Source: Candidatus Sulfobium sp.
GTDB lineage: Bacteria; Nitrospirota; Thermodesulfovibrionia; Thermodesulfovibrionales; UBA6898
DNA: 60,598 nucleotides
Reading direction: 5' to 3'
Assembly (NCBI GenBank): GCA_037380845.1
Contig: JARRRI010000011.1
Coordinates: forward strand, 1-60,598
Part shown: positions 9,968 through 19,632 of the stretch, in pieces
Layout: each line of letters begins with the position of its first letter
How positions within the stretch are numbered: the first letter of the stretch is position 1
The notes under the pieces: model-generated
Database searches by the model: none
The model's input: only the letters and a program-made list of their open reading frames with translations
What the model was told of the DNA's origin: nothing
Made by a program: the position numbers and the translations under genes

Positions 9968-10088
9968 CATAAACAGGGAACCGTTCGGGACAAAATAAAA
10001 TGTCCTGCGGGGACGCTGAGAACAGGATGTTCCCGCTGTCTTTAATCATGCTTATAGGCTATAATAAATCGTCAAAGGGACCGGAAAT

Positions 10089-11582
10089 ATGAGCGACGGC
10101 GTTACCATAAGAATCCTCGGAGATTTTGGGCCTTTTTCGCGGATTGGCAAGAGCATCGGATACCAGGTATCACGGGGAGGGCGTTCCTACCTGATAGATT
10201 GCGGATCACCTCTTTTTCATGAAATCAGCGGACACGAGCTGAAGGCAGTGGACGGTCTCATAATAACCCATTGTCACGATGATCATAAGAGGTGGTTCAC
10301 CGATCTTGCCCTCTTCTATATGTATGCCCGGGATATAAATCAAAAGTTGCACCTCATTACGGCCGAGGAAATCCATAATGAACTCATGAAGTCATGTGGC
10401 CCTGCCCTTGATCGGAGTCTCTCGCCGGACTCCAAGAGAGTAATCGACATACCTCCGGATGAATATGTCCGTTATCGGATACTCGGGCCGCGGGCGAGAT
10501 ACAGGATAGTCTTGAGGGATGAAGGCCGGGGGAAGACAGGACTGTGTGTTGTGGACGGCGCCGGGAACGAGGTCGGACCCGAGAAGGCCAAGGTCGTAGT
10601 CAGTGAGAAGACCGGCAGGCCGAGGATGCTTTTCAAAGATCCCGACTACGGGGAGTGGGTCGAGCCGGAGAGCTTCTATCCCTTTGCTGCAAGTATATTT
10701 TATGAAGAGGACAGGAATGTGTTTCAGGATGAAGGAGGTTTGACATTCGATGCAGTAAAGGCGCCGGTCTGGCACGGGGTCCCCGCCATAGGGTTGAGAA
10801 TCACGACTCCTCACGAAAAGATCCTCTTTACTTCAGACACGGTCCATAGCCAGAACCTGTGGAAGGACCTCTATACGGAAAAGAGAAAACAGCGGTTCGG
10901 CAGCACGTCGCCAAAGGAGTTCGAATCCGCTTCCGTATTACTGGGAGACATTAATGATTACATCGAAAGAGCCTGGAGCGAAGAGCGATACGAAGAAGCG
11001 GTAAAGACGTTTGAGGAGGCCGTCATTATTCATGATGTCGCCATTTGCAACAGCGTTGTTCACACGGATTATGAGAGGCTGGATGAAACCGGCCTGGTGC
11101 GTGAAAAGACAATATTAACTCATAGCCCCGACCGGATAACATCGGAGTGGGTGTTGTGCGATGTCGGGAAGACGATCAGAATCGCGGGAAATGAATTTTA
11201 CGAGGTTGTGGATGAGGATCTCTATCCGATGGATGCGGACCTTTACGTGAAGGAGGTCGGGAAATACTACGTCGGCTACAGGCGGGAAGACGGGCGATAC
11301 AGAGTGTATGAAAAAGACGGGCTCCTCACGGTATCATCCGAAGACAGGAATGATGACGGAGCTACTTTTCTTTACAGAGTCGATCTCTACGAAGATATAT
11401 CAGGCAGATATTTCCCGAGGATAGAAGAAGGCGAGGCCCGGTATTTCAGGCGTCGGGACGGAAAAGTCGAGCGCCTGGAATTTACCGACGAAGGAAGCAG
11501 AGGAAGGGTGGTCGAAGACCAGAGGAGCAAAGTCTCGACAAAATCGTCCGTAGTTTCTCCGGGACGAGAGAACCAGGCTTGA
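10089..11582 (+). CDS. metallo-beta-lactamase-fold hydrolase (RNase Z / cNMP phosphodiesterase-like)
   Basis: LIDCG, THCHDDH (HxHxDH), later H, SDT, H and THS motifs. Confidence 0.75.
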   Translation: MSDGVTIRILGDFGPFSRIGKSIGYQVSRGGRSYLIDCGSPLFHEISGHELKAVDGLIITHCHDDHKRWFTDLALFYMYARDINQKLHLITAEEIHNELMKSCGPALDRSLSPDSKRVIDIPPDEYVRYRILGPRARYRIVLRDEGRGKTGLCVVDGAGNEVGPEKAKVVVSEKTGRPRMLFKDPDYGEWVEPESFYPFAASIFYEEDRNVFQDEGGLTFDAVKAPVWHGVPAIGLRITTPHEKILFTSDTVHSQNLWKDLYTEKRKQRFGSTSPKEFESASVLLGDINDYIERAWSEERYEEAVKTFEEAVIIHDVAICNSVVHTDYERLDETGLVREKTILTHSPDRITSEWVLCDVGKTIRIAGNEFYEVVDEDLYPMDADLYVKEVGKYYVGYRREDGRYRVYEKDGLLTVSSEDRNDDGATFLYRVDLYEDISGRYFPRIEEGEARYFRRRDGKVERLEFTDEGSRGRVVEDQRSKVSTKSSVVSPGRENQA

Positions 11583-11638
11583 TCCCGAAACTTCACTGTT
11601 TCCAGGACAGGACGACCAGAAAAGAATAGGGGTACGGG

Positions 11639-12655
11639 ATGTCAAAGACAGACTCTGTCTTTGGGGAATTGACAGGCTCCGACCTGAACAAAATCAGGGC
11701 GCTGGCAGTCAGAAAAACCTGCAAGAAGGGCGAGCTGATATTTTCCGAAGGCGACACGGCAGATTACGTATATTTCATTGAGACCGGACGCGTTTCCATT
11801 TTTATCCGGAAATTCACTGACCAGGAAGAAATTGCCACGCTCGGGCCGGGTGAGTTCTTTGGCGAGATGGCAATATTTCATAAGGACAAAAGGACAGCTT
11901 CCGTCGCAGCCCTGACCGACACAACCCTCTTAAGCATCGACAGGAATGTTTTTATGAACTTCCTGCAGGCTGATCCCTCAGCGGCCCATAAGATCAACAC
12001 AGTCCTTGCCAGACGGAACGAAGAACTTATCCTCAAGGAAAGCCTGCTCGACATCACCGGCATGAAGGGGAAGAATTTTCACGTGAGCATCAAGGGTGAC
12101 CCGTCGATGCGGGAGACTACTTTTACAAGGGAAAGATATGAAAGCGTAGTCGACAAGATCCTGCCGCTGCTCGGACCCAATCTGGAAGACCTGTTGCTCA
12201 ACCGGTGCGTCTATCAGGTCTTCGTCGCCTTCAACAGCGGAGAGGTCCACACCTCGTCCGTGTTTGAACCGTTCGGCGAGGAAATTCATCAGGCAAACAA
12301 GCTGATTGACAAAGCTTTTATCGAACGTCATTTCCCCCGGGTTGCGTACGAAGAAAAAGTGATGATGGTCAGGCGAATATATCAGGCGATCGCCCGTGAT
12401 CCGGTCTCCGGCAGCCTTCCCGGCCATTTCAGGAAAATTTTCAGCTCCTATTATGAAAACTGGAAGCCTGTCAGGCCGGAAGAACTTTCGAATACCATAT
12501 CAAGACTGACCGCCCTCAGAAGTATCCCCAACTATTATCTTCGCAATTTCACACTAAACGCGACCCGGGATGCCATTCGCATGCAATTCAATTGCGACGG
12601 AACGCACATCGTCAGCGCTGAAGATTATCAGCGTTTTCTAGAAGAAAACCTTTAA
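11639..12655 (+). CDS. cyclic nucleotide-binding protein with unrecognised C-terminal domain
   Basis: IFSEGD..FFGEMAIFHKDKRTASV cassette. Confidence 0.85.
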   Translation: MSKTDSVFGELTGSDLNKIRALAVRKTCKKGELIFSEGDTADYVYFIETGRVSIFIRKFTDQEEIATLGPGEFFGEMAIFHKDKRTASVAALTDTTLLSIDRNVFMNFLQADPSAAHKINTVLARRNEELILKESLLDITGMKGKNFHVSIKGDPSMRETTFTRERYESVVDKILPLLGPNLEDLLLNRCVYQVFVAFNSGEVHTSSVFEPFGEEIHQANKLIDKAFIERHFPRVAYEEKVMMVRRIYQAIARDPVSGSLPGHFRKIFSSYYENWKPVRPEELSNTISRLTALRSIPNYYLRNFTLNATRDAIRMQFNCDGTHIVSAEDYQRFLEENL

Positions 12656-12817
12656 GGGAGGGGCGGCGGTCCCGGTGTGCATCCGTCGCGCAGATGTTAC
12701 AGTGCCTTATCATGGTGGAAGGCCCATGACGGGGCTTGTCGGTCCGCGAACAGGAACGAAGCAGGTCGGAAAGCGGACAAGGTCTTCACGAGAAAACGTC
12801 GCGGTCTCCGCAAAATA

Positions 12818-13780
12818 GTGAAAGATAACTTGTCGGAAAAGATAAAATTGGGAATCAGTTCCTGCCTTTTGGGCCGGAAAGTACGCTACGACGGCGGGCA
12901 CAAACTCGACCATTTCCTGGCGGACACTCTGGGTAAGTTCGTGGAATGGGTGCCGGTGTGCCCGGAAGTCGAAAGCGGACTGCCGGTGCCAAGGGAGGCT
13001 ATGCGGCTGGTGGGAAGCCCCGATGCGCCACGTCTTGTAACAGTTCGCACGGGCGAAGACCACACCGGGCGGGTGGAAAAATGGGCCGGGCGAAGACTTT
13101 CAGAACTGGAAGAAGCCGGTCTCTGCGGGTTCGTCTTTAAGAGCCGCTCACCGAGTTCGGGCCTGCGCGATGTTAAGGTTTATTCGACGGCCGGCGTCCC
13201 GTCAAGGAAGGGGGCCAGCATTTTCGGCAAGGCATTTATGGAGAGGTTTCCGCTCCTGCCGGTCGAGGATGAAGGAAGGCTCAATGACCCCGTCCTCAGG
13301 GAAAATTTTATCGAGAGGGTCTTCGTCTTCAGGAGATGGCGTGGTCTTCTCGAAAAAAGGCTGACGGCCGGCAGCCTGGTAGCCTTCCATTCGGACCACA
13401 AACTTCTCATCCTTTCTCACAGTCCTGCTCACTACCGGTCACTGGGCCCACTGGTAGCACATGCGAAAGATCATCCGCTGAGGGAATTACATTCGGAGTA
13501 TATTAAGATCCTTATGGAGGGCCTGCGGCTCATCTCCACAAGGGCAAAAAACACTAACGTCCTTCACCATATAATGGGGTACTTCAGGAAAAATATCTCA
13601 GCCTCCGAAAAGGCGGAGCTTCTCGAAATCATCGGGAACTATAAAACCGGTCTCCTCCCCCTGATAGTCCCTGTTGTCCTCCTGAACCATTATGTGCGCA
13701 TATACGATGTCCCTTATCTGAAGAGGCAATATTACCTGAACCCTCATCCGCTCGAACTAATGCTGAGAAACCACGTCTAG
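12818..13780 (+). CDS. DUF523/DUF1722 (YbgA-like, 2-thiouracil desulfurase family) protein
   Basis: GISSCLLG..VRYDGGHK, CPEVE, KSRSPSSG, C-terminal YLNPHP.ELMLRNHV. Confidence 0.88.
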   Translation: MKDNLSEKIKLGISSCLLGRKVRYDGGHKLDHFLADTLGKFVEWVPVCPEVESGLPVPREAMRLVGSPDAPRLVTVRTGEDHTGRVEKWAGRRLSELEEAGLCGFVFKSRSPSSGLRDVKVYSTAGVPSRKGASIFGKAFMERFPLLPVEDEGRLNDPVLRENFIERVFVFRRWRGLLEKRLTAGSLVAFHSDHKLLILSHSPAHYRSLGPLVAHAKDHPLRELHSEYIKILMEGLRLISTRAKNTNVLHHIMGYFRKNISASEKAELLEIIGNYKTGLLPLIVPVVLLNHYVRIYDVPYLKRQYYLNPHPLELMLRNHV

Positions 13781-13789
13781 GCCCCGCCT

Positions 13790-13818
13790 TTGACAAACGC
13801 CTTTTTTTAAACTATAGT
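13790..13818 (+). promoter_or_regulatory. sigma70-type promoter of the pentose-phosphate operon
   Basis: TTGACA-17 nt-TATAGT. Confidence 0.7.
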
Positions 13819-13904
13819 GGAAAAAAGATTGACTATTACATATGATTCCGGCTGCATCTTTATCGTATTGAATTTTTAAAGCCTCAACTTCCACTCAGGG
13901 ACTG

Positions 13905-14579
13905 ATGATGAAAATCGTTCCGGCGATACTCGCTGAAAATTATGAAGACTTTGTCCTGAGAATCAGGCAAGCGGAGACCTTTGCGCCGTACGTCCAGATA
14001 GACTGCATGGACGGGATCTTCGTGCCGACGAGGAGTATTCCTCCCGAAACAATCGGAGATCTGAATACCTCCCTCTCTTTCGAGCTCCACCTGATGGTCC
14101 GTAATCCCTCTTCCTTCATGGACAAGGTCGAAAACAGCGGGCTGAAAAGGGTCCTGTTTCATTTCGAGGCCGAGGTGGACCATTCGGGTTTCATGGAGAT
14201 ACTGAAAAATCGCGGGCTAAGCCCGGGGCTTGCAATCAAACCGGAGACTCCGATCGACGACTTCACCCGTCCAGCTTCCGATGCCGACGCCCTTCTCTTT
14301 CTGACGGTCACGCCGGGACAATACGGAAGTTCATTCAGACCGGAGGTGCTGGAAAAAGTGGCGGACGCCAGACGGAGGTTCCCGGACAAGCTTATCGGGG
14401 TGGACGGCGGTGTTTCTCTTGACAACCTAAAGTCTTTCGTCGGTATAGGCGTGGACTATGCCTGTGTGGGCAGCAGGATATTCCTCGACGGAAAACCCGC
14501 TGAGAACTACCGTAGCTTCATGGAAAAGGTGAACGAGCTCGAAAAAAACAGGGACAGTCGTCATGCAAAGTCCGGGTGA
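13905..14579 (+). CDS. rpe: ribulose-phosphate 3-epimerase
   Basis: QIDCMDGIFVP, ELHLMV, VDGGV. Confidence 0.9.
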   Translation: MMKIVPAILAENYEDFVLRIRQAETFAPYVQIDCMDGIFVPTRSIPPETIGDLNTSLSFELHLMVRNPSSFMDKVENSGLKRVLFHFEAEVDHSGFMEILKNRGLSPGLAIKPETPIDDFTRPASDADALLFLTVTPGQYGSSFRPEVLEKVADARRRFPDKLIGVDGGVSLDNLKSFVGIGVDYACVGSRIFLDGKPAENYRSFMEKVNELEKNRDSRHAKSG

Positions 14580-14593
14580 GGAGGCTAAATTTC

Positions 14594-15052
14594 ATGAAAA
14601 TAGCTGTTGGTTCGGACCACGGGGGATACTCTCTGAAAGGCATCATATCAACATATCTAAAGGAGCAGGGACATGAAGTAATTGATGTAGGTGCCTTCAG
14701 CCTGGAGCCTCTGGACGATTACCCCGAATCATCCCGGGCGGTGTCGGACGCACTCCTCACGGGTAAAGCTGAAAGGGGGATATTGATTTGCGGCAGCGGA
14801 GTCGGTGCATCCATCGCCGCCAATAAATTCCCCGGCATCAGGGCCGCCGTCTGCCACGACACATTTTCCGCTCATCAGGGGGTGGAGGACGACGATATGA
14901 ACGTACTGTGTCTTGGCGAGCGGATTGTGGGAAATGAGCTCGCCAAAGAGATCGTGGCTCGCTTTATTTCGGCCGGTTTCTCGCATGCCGAACGTCACGT
15001 GCGCAGGCTGAGCAAGGTAAAGTTAATAGAGAAAGAGTTCATGAAGACGTAG
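14594..15052 (+). CDS. rpiB: ribose 5-phosphate isomerase B
   Basis: GSDHGG, DYP, CGSGVG, ANKFPGIRAA, RHVRR. Confidence 0.95.
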   Translation: MKIAVGSDHGGYSLKGIISTYLKEQGHEVIDVGAFSLEPLDDYPESSRAVSDALLTGKAERGILICGSGVGASIAANKFPGIRAAVCHDTFSAHQGVEDDDMNVLCLGERIVGNELAKEIVARFISAGFSHAERHVRRLSKVKLIEKEFMKT

Positions 15053-15166
15053 ACAGAGTCTGTTTTAAAGCAGCATTTGCCCGGTTTGCCTGCCATTCCG
15101 ATTGTCTGGCGGCAGACAGGAGCGTTGCAGTTGCGGGGTGACATTAACTTTCACGGGAGGTTTTTT

Positions 15167-16714
15167 GTGATCAGGGGAAGAGAACCAATTGACAGCAGAT
15201 TTCTCCAGACATGCGATATACAGGTGGAGGAATTCAACGTCGAGCCTTTTACCATGGTCATTTTCGGCGGCGCAGGGGATCTCGCGAGGAAAAAGCTCCT
15301 GCCGTCCATCATGCATCTGTTCTCTGAAAAGGAGCTTGAGAATGGATTTTCAGTGCTGTCCTTCGGGATGCCCGGGATGGACGACAGTTCATACAGGGAA
15401 CTGGTGAAAGATTCTGTTTTGGAGTTTGACGGGAAACTGCCTGATGAAAAGGACTGGGCGAAGTTCAGCAGTCATTTTTACTATCTGTCGGGGCGTTTCC
15501 AAGATGAAAAAGCATATGAGAGTCTGAAAGAAAAATTATACGACATATCCGTCCCGGCGGGAAAGGGTAAACGCAATATTATCTACTATATGTCGGTCCC
15601 GCCCCAGGTCGTACCTCTCGTCGTGAGCAAGCTCAAAGCCCACGACCTTTGCAGGAATTCCTTCAACACCAAGATCATAGCAGAAAAACCGTTCGGGCAT
15701 GACAGGAAGTCTGCAGCTGAACTGAACAGGGTCCTGATAGACGCCTTTGACGAGAACCAGATTTACCGCATAGACCATTACCTCAGCAAGGAACCGGTCC
15801 AGAACATCCTTTTTTTCCGTTTTTCAAACTTTATTTTTGAGCAAGTCTGGAACTCAAATTATGTGGACAATGTCCAGATCACCGTTGCAGAGGATATCGG
15901 GATTGAAAAGCGCGGGGCCTTTTATGAAGAGACCGGGGTTGTCAGGGATATCGTTCAGAACCACATGCTCCAGATCCTGGGTCTGATCGCCATGGAACCG
16001 CCTGTAGGTTTCAAAGCCGATTTCGTACGGGACGAAAAAACCAAGATCTTCCGTTCTATCTACCCCTTCGACGATGATTATATAGACAGGTTTACCGTCC
16101 GTGGACAGTACGGTCCCGGCAGGATAAAAGGCAAAAGAGTGCGCGGATACAGGGATGAGGAAGATGTCTCTCCTTCCTCAAACCAGATAACTTTTTTTGC
16201 GGCGAAGTTTTACATAGATACTCTCCGGTGGGCGGGCGTGCCCTTTTACGTGCGCACGGGCAAGCGTCTGAGGAAGCGGGTGACGGAGATATGTATCCAG
16301 TTCAGGCAGGTGCCCCTCCGGATAATGGGACGGTCATGTGACGTGATCGACCCCAACACCCTTATTCTGACGGTTCAGCCCGACGAAAGGATTTCCCTTC
16401 GTTTCGATGTCAAGTATCCTTACTCGCCAAATCAGATATATCCCACCAACATGGTCTTCAGCTACGGCGATACTTTCAGAACCGCATTTCACCCGCCTTA
16501 TGAGAGACTGCTTCTGGACTGCATGAGGGGAGATCTGAGTCTATTCGTCAGGCAGGATTCCGTGGAGGCAATGTGGGAGATAGTAGACCCGATTATAAGG
16601 CGCTGGGAGGAGACTGCTCCCCTTGACTTTCCGAACTACGCTGCCGGCAAGTGGGGACCGACAAAAGCCGGTCTCCTTCTGAAAAAAGAAAAAAGGGACT
16701 GGATAACCTCATGA
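15167..16714 (+). CDS. zwf: glucose-6-phosphate dehydrogenase
   Basis: GGAGDLA, EKPFG, RIDHYL, QNHMLQ; GGAGG RBS before GTG15167. Confidence 0.95.
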   Translation: MIRGREPIDSRFLQTCDIQVEEFNVEPFTMVIFGGAGDLARKKLLPSIMHLFSEKELENGFSVLSFGMPGMDDSSYRELVKDSVLEFDGKLPDEKDWAKFSSHFYYLSGRFQDEKAYESLKEKLYDISVPAGKGKRNIIYYMSVPPQVVPLVVSKLKAHDLCRNSFNTKIIAEKPFGHDRKSAAELNRVLIDAFDENQIYRIDHYLSKEPVQNILFFRFSNFIFEQVWNSNYVDNVQITVAEDIGIEKRGAFYEETGVVRDIVQNHMLQILGLIAMEPPVGFKADFVRDEKTKIFRSIYPFDDDYIDRFTVRGQYGPGRIKGKRVRGYRDEEDVSPSSNQITFFAAKFYIDTLRWAGVPFYVRTGKRLRKRVTEICIQFRQVPLRIMGRSCDVIDPNTLILTVQPDERISLRFDVKYPYSPNQIYPTNMVFSYGDTFRTAFHPPYERLLLDCMRGDLSLFVRQDSVEAMWEIVDPIIRRWEETAPLDFPNYAAGKWGPTKAGLLLKKEKRDWITS

Positions 16715-17466
16715 ATACCGGTAACAACCAGACGTCCGTGCACGTATTTCCCGGCGGAGATGAAATGGCTGATTTCATGGTGCAAAAGTGGTGCGAAACA
16801 GCCTCCCTCACTATAAAGCGAAACGGTTTTTTCTGTGCGGCGCTGTCCGGGGGGCATACGCCTGTTGAGTTCTATAATCGCCTCGCGGGGCTTGAGGATA
16901 TTTCCCTGTGGAACAATACCCATATCTTCCTGGCCGACGAACGATGTGTGCCGCCGGACCACGACGACAGTAATTACCGACTCCTTCGAAACACCTTCCT
17001 GGACCGGGTACCCGTTCCTTCGCAAAATATCCATGCCGTTCCGGTTGAGCCGTCAAGTGCCGAAGTTTCCGCCGTACGCTATGAGTTAGTGCTGACCGAT
17101 TTTTTTGGGCTTTCCCGCGGCATGCCTCCGAGATTCGATCTGATCCTGCTGGGAATCGGCGAGGACGGCCATACAGCCTCTCTCTTTCCGGGCAGTGAAG
17201 CAGTGAAAGAAACGGAACACCTTACTGCCTCCGTACCCCTCGATAAGAGGAGACACGATCGCGTCACGCTGACCCTTCCGGTAATAAATAGTGCGCGGAA
17301 TGTGGCGGTACTTTTAAGCGGGGACAATAAGTGCGAAATAGCCGAACGGGTCATCGAAGCAAGGGACGCTTCTCTGCCGGCATCACTTGTGAGACTCCGC
17401 GACGGCAGGCTGATCTTCCTACTGGACAGCAAGGCGGCCTCAAAGTTGTCGATCGGCCGAAAATAG
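16711..17466 (+). CDS. pgl: 6-phosphogluconolactonase
   Basis: LSGGHTP, DERCVP, LGIGEDGHTASLFP. Confidence 0.95.
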   Translation: MNTGNNQTSVHVFPGGDEMADFMVQKWCETASLTIKRNGFFCAALSGGHTPVEFYNRLAGLEDISLWNNTHIFLADERCVPPDHDDSNYRLLRNTFLDRVPVPSQNIHAVPVEPSSAEVSAVRYELVLTDFFGLSRGMPPRFDLILLGIGEDGHTASLFPGSEAVKETEHLTASVPLDKRRHDRVTLTLPVINSARNVAVLLSGDNKCEIAERVIEARDASLPASLVRLRDGRLIFLLDSKAASKLSIGRK

Positions 17467-17507
17467 CCTCTTTCCGTTATCCTACTGACAAAATAATCCA
17501 GTTTCGG

Positions 17508-17548
17508 CTATATAAAGTTTATATAGTCGCTATGTAAAACTTATATAT
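17508..17548. promoter_or_regulatory. tandem palindromic sites (candidate enhancer-binding-protein UAS)
   Basis: ctatataaa-g-tttatatag perfect palindrome plus degenerate copy ctatgtaaaacttatatat, about 70-110 bp upstream of a sigma54 site. Confidence 0.5.
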
Positions 17549-17618
17549 GTTCAGCCTCTCCCGATCCATCCATGCGGACAAAGTCCTTTTAAAACGCAGT
17601 AATATTCTACGCTGAGAG

Positions 17619-17635
17619 TTGGCATCGCCTTTGCT
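17619..17635 (+). promoter_or_regulatory. sigma54 (-24/-12) promoter
   Basis: TTGGCAT-CGCCT-TTGCT. Confidence 0.7.
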
Positions 17636-17760
17636 AAATTTACTGCCGTATTACAGACTTTCAGATGTCTGAATGAGTTTATTTTTGGGCTGGGGCAATA
17701 GCATCAAGAGGGGGGCGGCGTAAGGTTTCGGTATACACACTGAAGTTTTTCGCTGCACGG

Positions 17761-17814
17761 GATCCGGCCGGGTGTGGAGAGGGGATCTAAACACCCGGCC
17801 GGATCTCTTTTTTA
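17761..17814 (+). terminator. strong intrinsic terminator
   Basis: 15-bp gatccggccgggtgt / acacccggccggatc stem followed by tcttttttt. Confidence 0.8.
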
Positions 17815-18173
17815 TCGTGAGAACATGCCTCGAGACTGATTTTTGCCATCAGGTTTGTTTCTGTCAAAACTTCACAACCCGCTTTTTTCAGGTCTGCCCG
17901 ACTTGCCGCTATATGACTTTTTTGATTATTGTTCTCAGACAGATTTGACCTCTTCTGTAAAACAATAAGCGATATCAGTGTATGTCTGGTCTCCCTGCAG
18001 ATCCTCGTGCAAGCGTAATGCTGACTTGACAATCAACCGAATTCCTGATATCAGTTTATGTATGTGTAATTGCATTACTTGGAAGGGCAAGTCGGGCAAG
18101 TCGAGGCGCTTGGCCGGAAAAAAACGATCCGGAAGCAGCACGAACCAGTTCCGGAAGAAAGAAGGAGAAGATA

Positions 18174-19622
18174 ATGGAACTCAACACTCTGTGGCAAAAA
18201 GTCTCACCTGACATCCTTAATTTTCTGCTCCAGCGGGAATTCGTCCGCAAGATGGTCTTAAAGAGGGCCGAAGAGAAACTGTACCACTCTTTCGTAGTGC
18301 AAAATGAAGAAAACCGTCCTCCTCTGGTGCAGGAGGCCCGTTGCCTTATGCTTAAGAACCTTCTCCAGACAGTGAACAAGGCCCTTTCCGACGGCCGTAT
18401 CGCACCCAATGTATTTAAGGCCATCACCGGCAATTTCATAGGCAGGCTCCTGCTCGGGGAAGAAGACCGGGCGGGGCACTTTCTCAACAGCCACGGTATT
18501 TATCCACCTGCATTCCTAACTATAAGCCCTACCAAGAGATGTAATCTTTTCTGCACGGGATGCTATGCATCCAGCTCATCCGGCTCCGCCGAGACCCTGA
18601 ACTACGATGTCCTGAACAGGATCATCAGGGAAAAAAAGGAGCTCTGGGGCTCATACTTCAACGTTATCTCCGGAGGAGAACCTCTTTTGTACCGGGACCG
18701 GGGCAAGGGCCTTCTGGACATCGTCGAGGAAAACCGGGACTGCTACTTCATGATGTACACCAACAGCACGCTGATTACAAAGGACGTGGCCCGCAGGATG
18801 GCGGAGCTGGGCAACATAACCCCGGCCATATCAGTAGAAGGATTCGAAAAGGAGACGGACGCACGCCGGGGCGAGGGGGTATTTGCAAAGATCATGCGGG
18901 CAATGGACAATCTTACGGAGTCCGGGGTCCCATTCGGCGTCAGCGTCACGGCGACCAGATACAACACGGACATCATAATGTCCGATGAGTTTACCGATTT
19001 TTATTTCAATAAGAAAGGGGCGATTTACGGATGGGTCTTCCAGTACATGCCCATCGGAAGGAGCATCACTGTCGACCTGATGATCACACCCGAACAGCGC
19101 CTGGCGCTCTTCCAGAAAGAGGAGCGTATGGTCAGGGAATCGAATATCTTCCTTGTGGACTTCTGGAACGGCGGCCCTTACGCCCTGGGATGCATATCGG
19201 CGGGAAGACCGGGTGGATATTTCTATATCGACTGGAACGGCAACATGGCCCCCTGCGCTTTCTTCCCCTACTATCTGTCGAACATAAACGACATCTACCG
19301 GGAGGGCAAGAACCTCAACGACGTTCTCTTCTCCCCGTACTTCGAATCGATCCGCAAATGGCAGGACGACTACGGTTACCGCCAGCCCCCCGAAAAAGTG
19401 AAGAACCTCATAGTCCCGTGCATCATAAGGGACCACTTCGATAGCGCCCACAATATCGTCAAGACCTTCAACGCCAAACCTCTTGACGAAAACGCGGCGC
19501 AGGCCCTGCAGGACCAGGAGTATCGAAGGAGGATGGCGCAGTACGGTAAGGATGTGGACTCGCTGACCCGTGAAGTCTGGGAAGCCGATTTCATGGGAAA
19601 CAGAAAAGAGAACATCGCATAG
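18174..19622 (+). CDS. radical SAM protein with SPASM/twitch-like C-terminus
   Basis: CNLFCTGC, SGGEP, GCISAG..YIDWNG..PC. Confidence 0.88.
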   Translation: MELNTLWQKVSPDILNFLLQREFVRKMVLKRAEEKLYHSFVVQNEENRPPLVQEARCLMLKNLLQTVNKALSDGRIAPNVFKAITGNFIGRLLLGEEDRAGHFLNSHGIYPPAFLTISPTKRCNLFCTGCYASSSSGSAETLNYDVLNRIIREKKELWGSYFNVISGGEPLLYRDRGKGLLDIVEENRDCYFMMYTNSTLITKDVARRMAELGNITPAISVEGFEKETDARRGEGVFAKIMRAMDNLTESGVPFGVSVTATRYNTDIIMSDEFTDFYFNKKGAIYGWVFQYMPIGRSITVDLMITPEQRLALFQKEERMVRESNIFLVDFWNGGPYALGCISAGRPGGYFYIDWNGNMAPCAFFPYYLSNINDIYREGKNLNDVLFSPYFESIRKWQDDYGYRQPPEKVKNLIVPCIIRDHFDSAHNIVKTFNAKPLDENAAQALQDQEYRRRMAQYGKDVDSLTREVWEADFMGNRKENIA

Positions 19623-19632
19623 GGGCCGGGCC

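Noticed and set aside
12677..12817. Upstream extension of the DUF523 ORF
   Set aside because: No family similarity before GTG12818; the extension is probably non-coding
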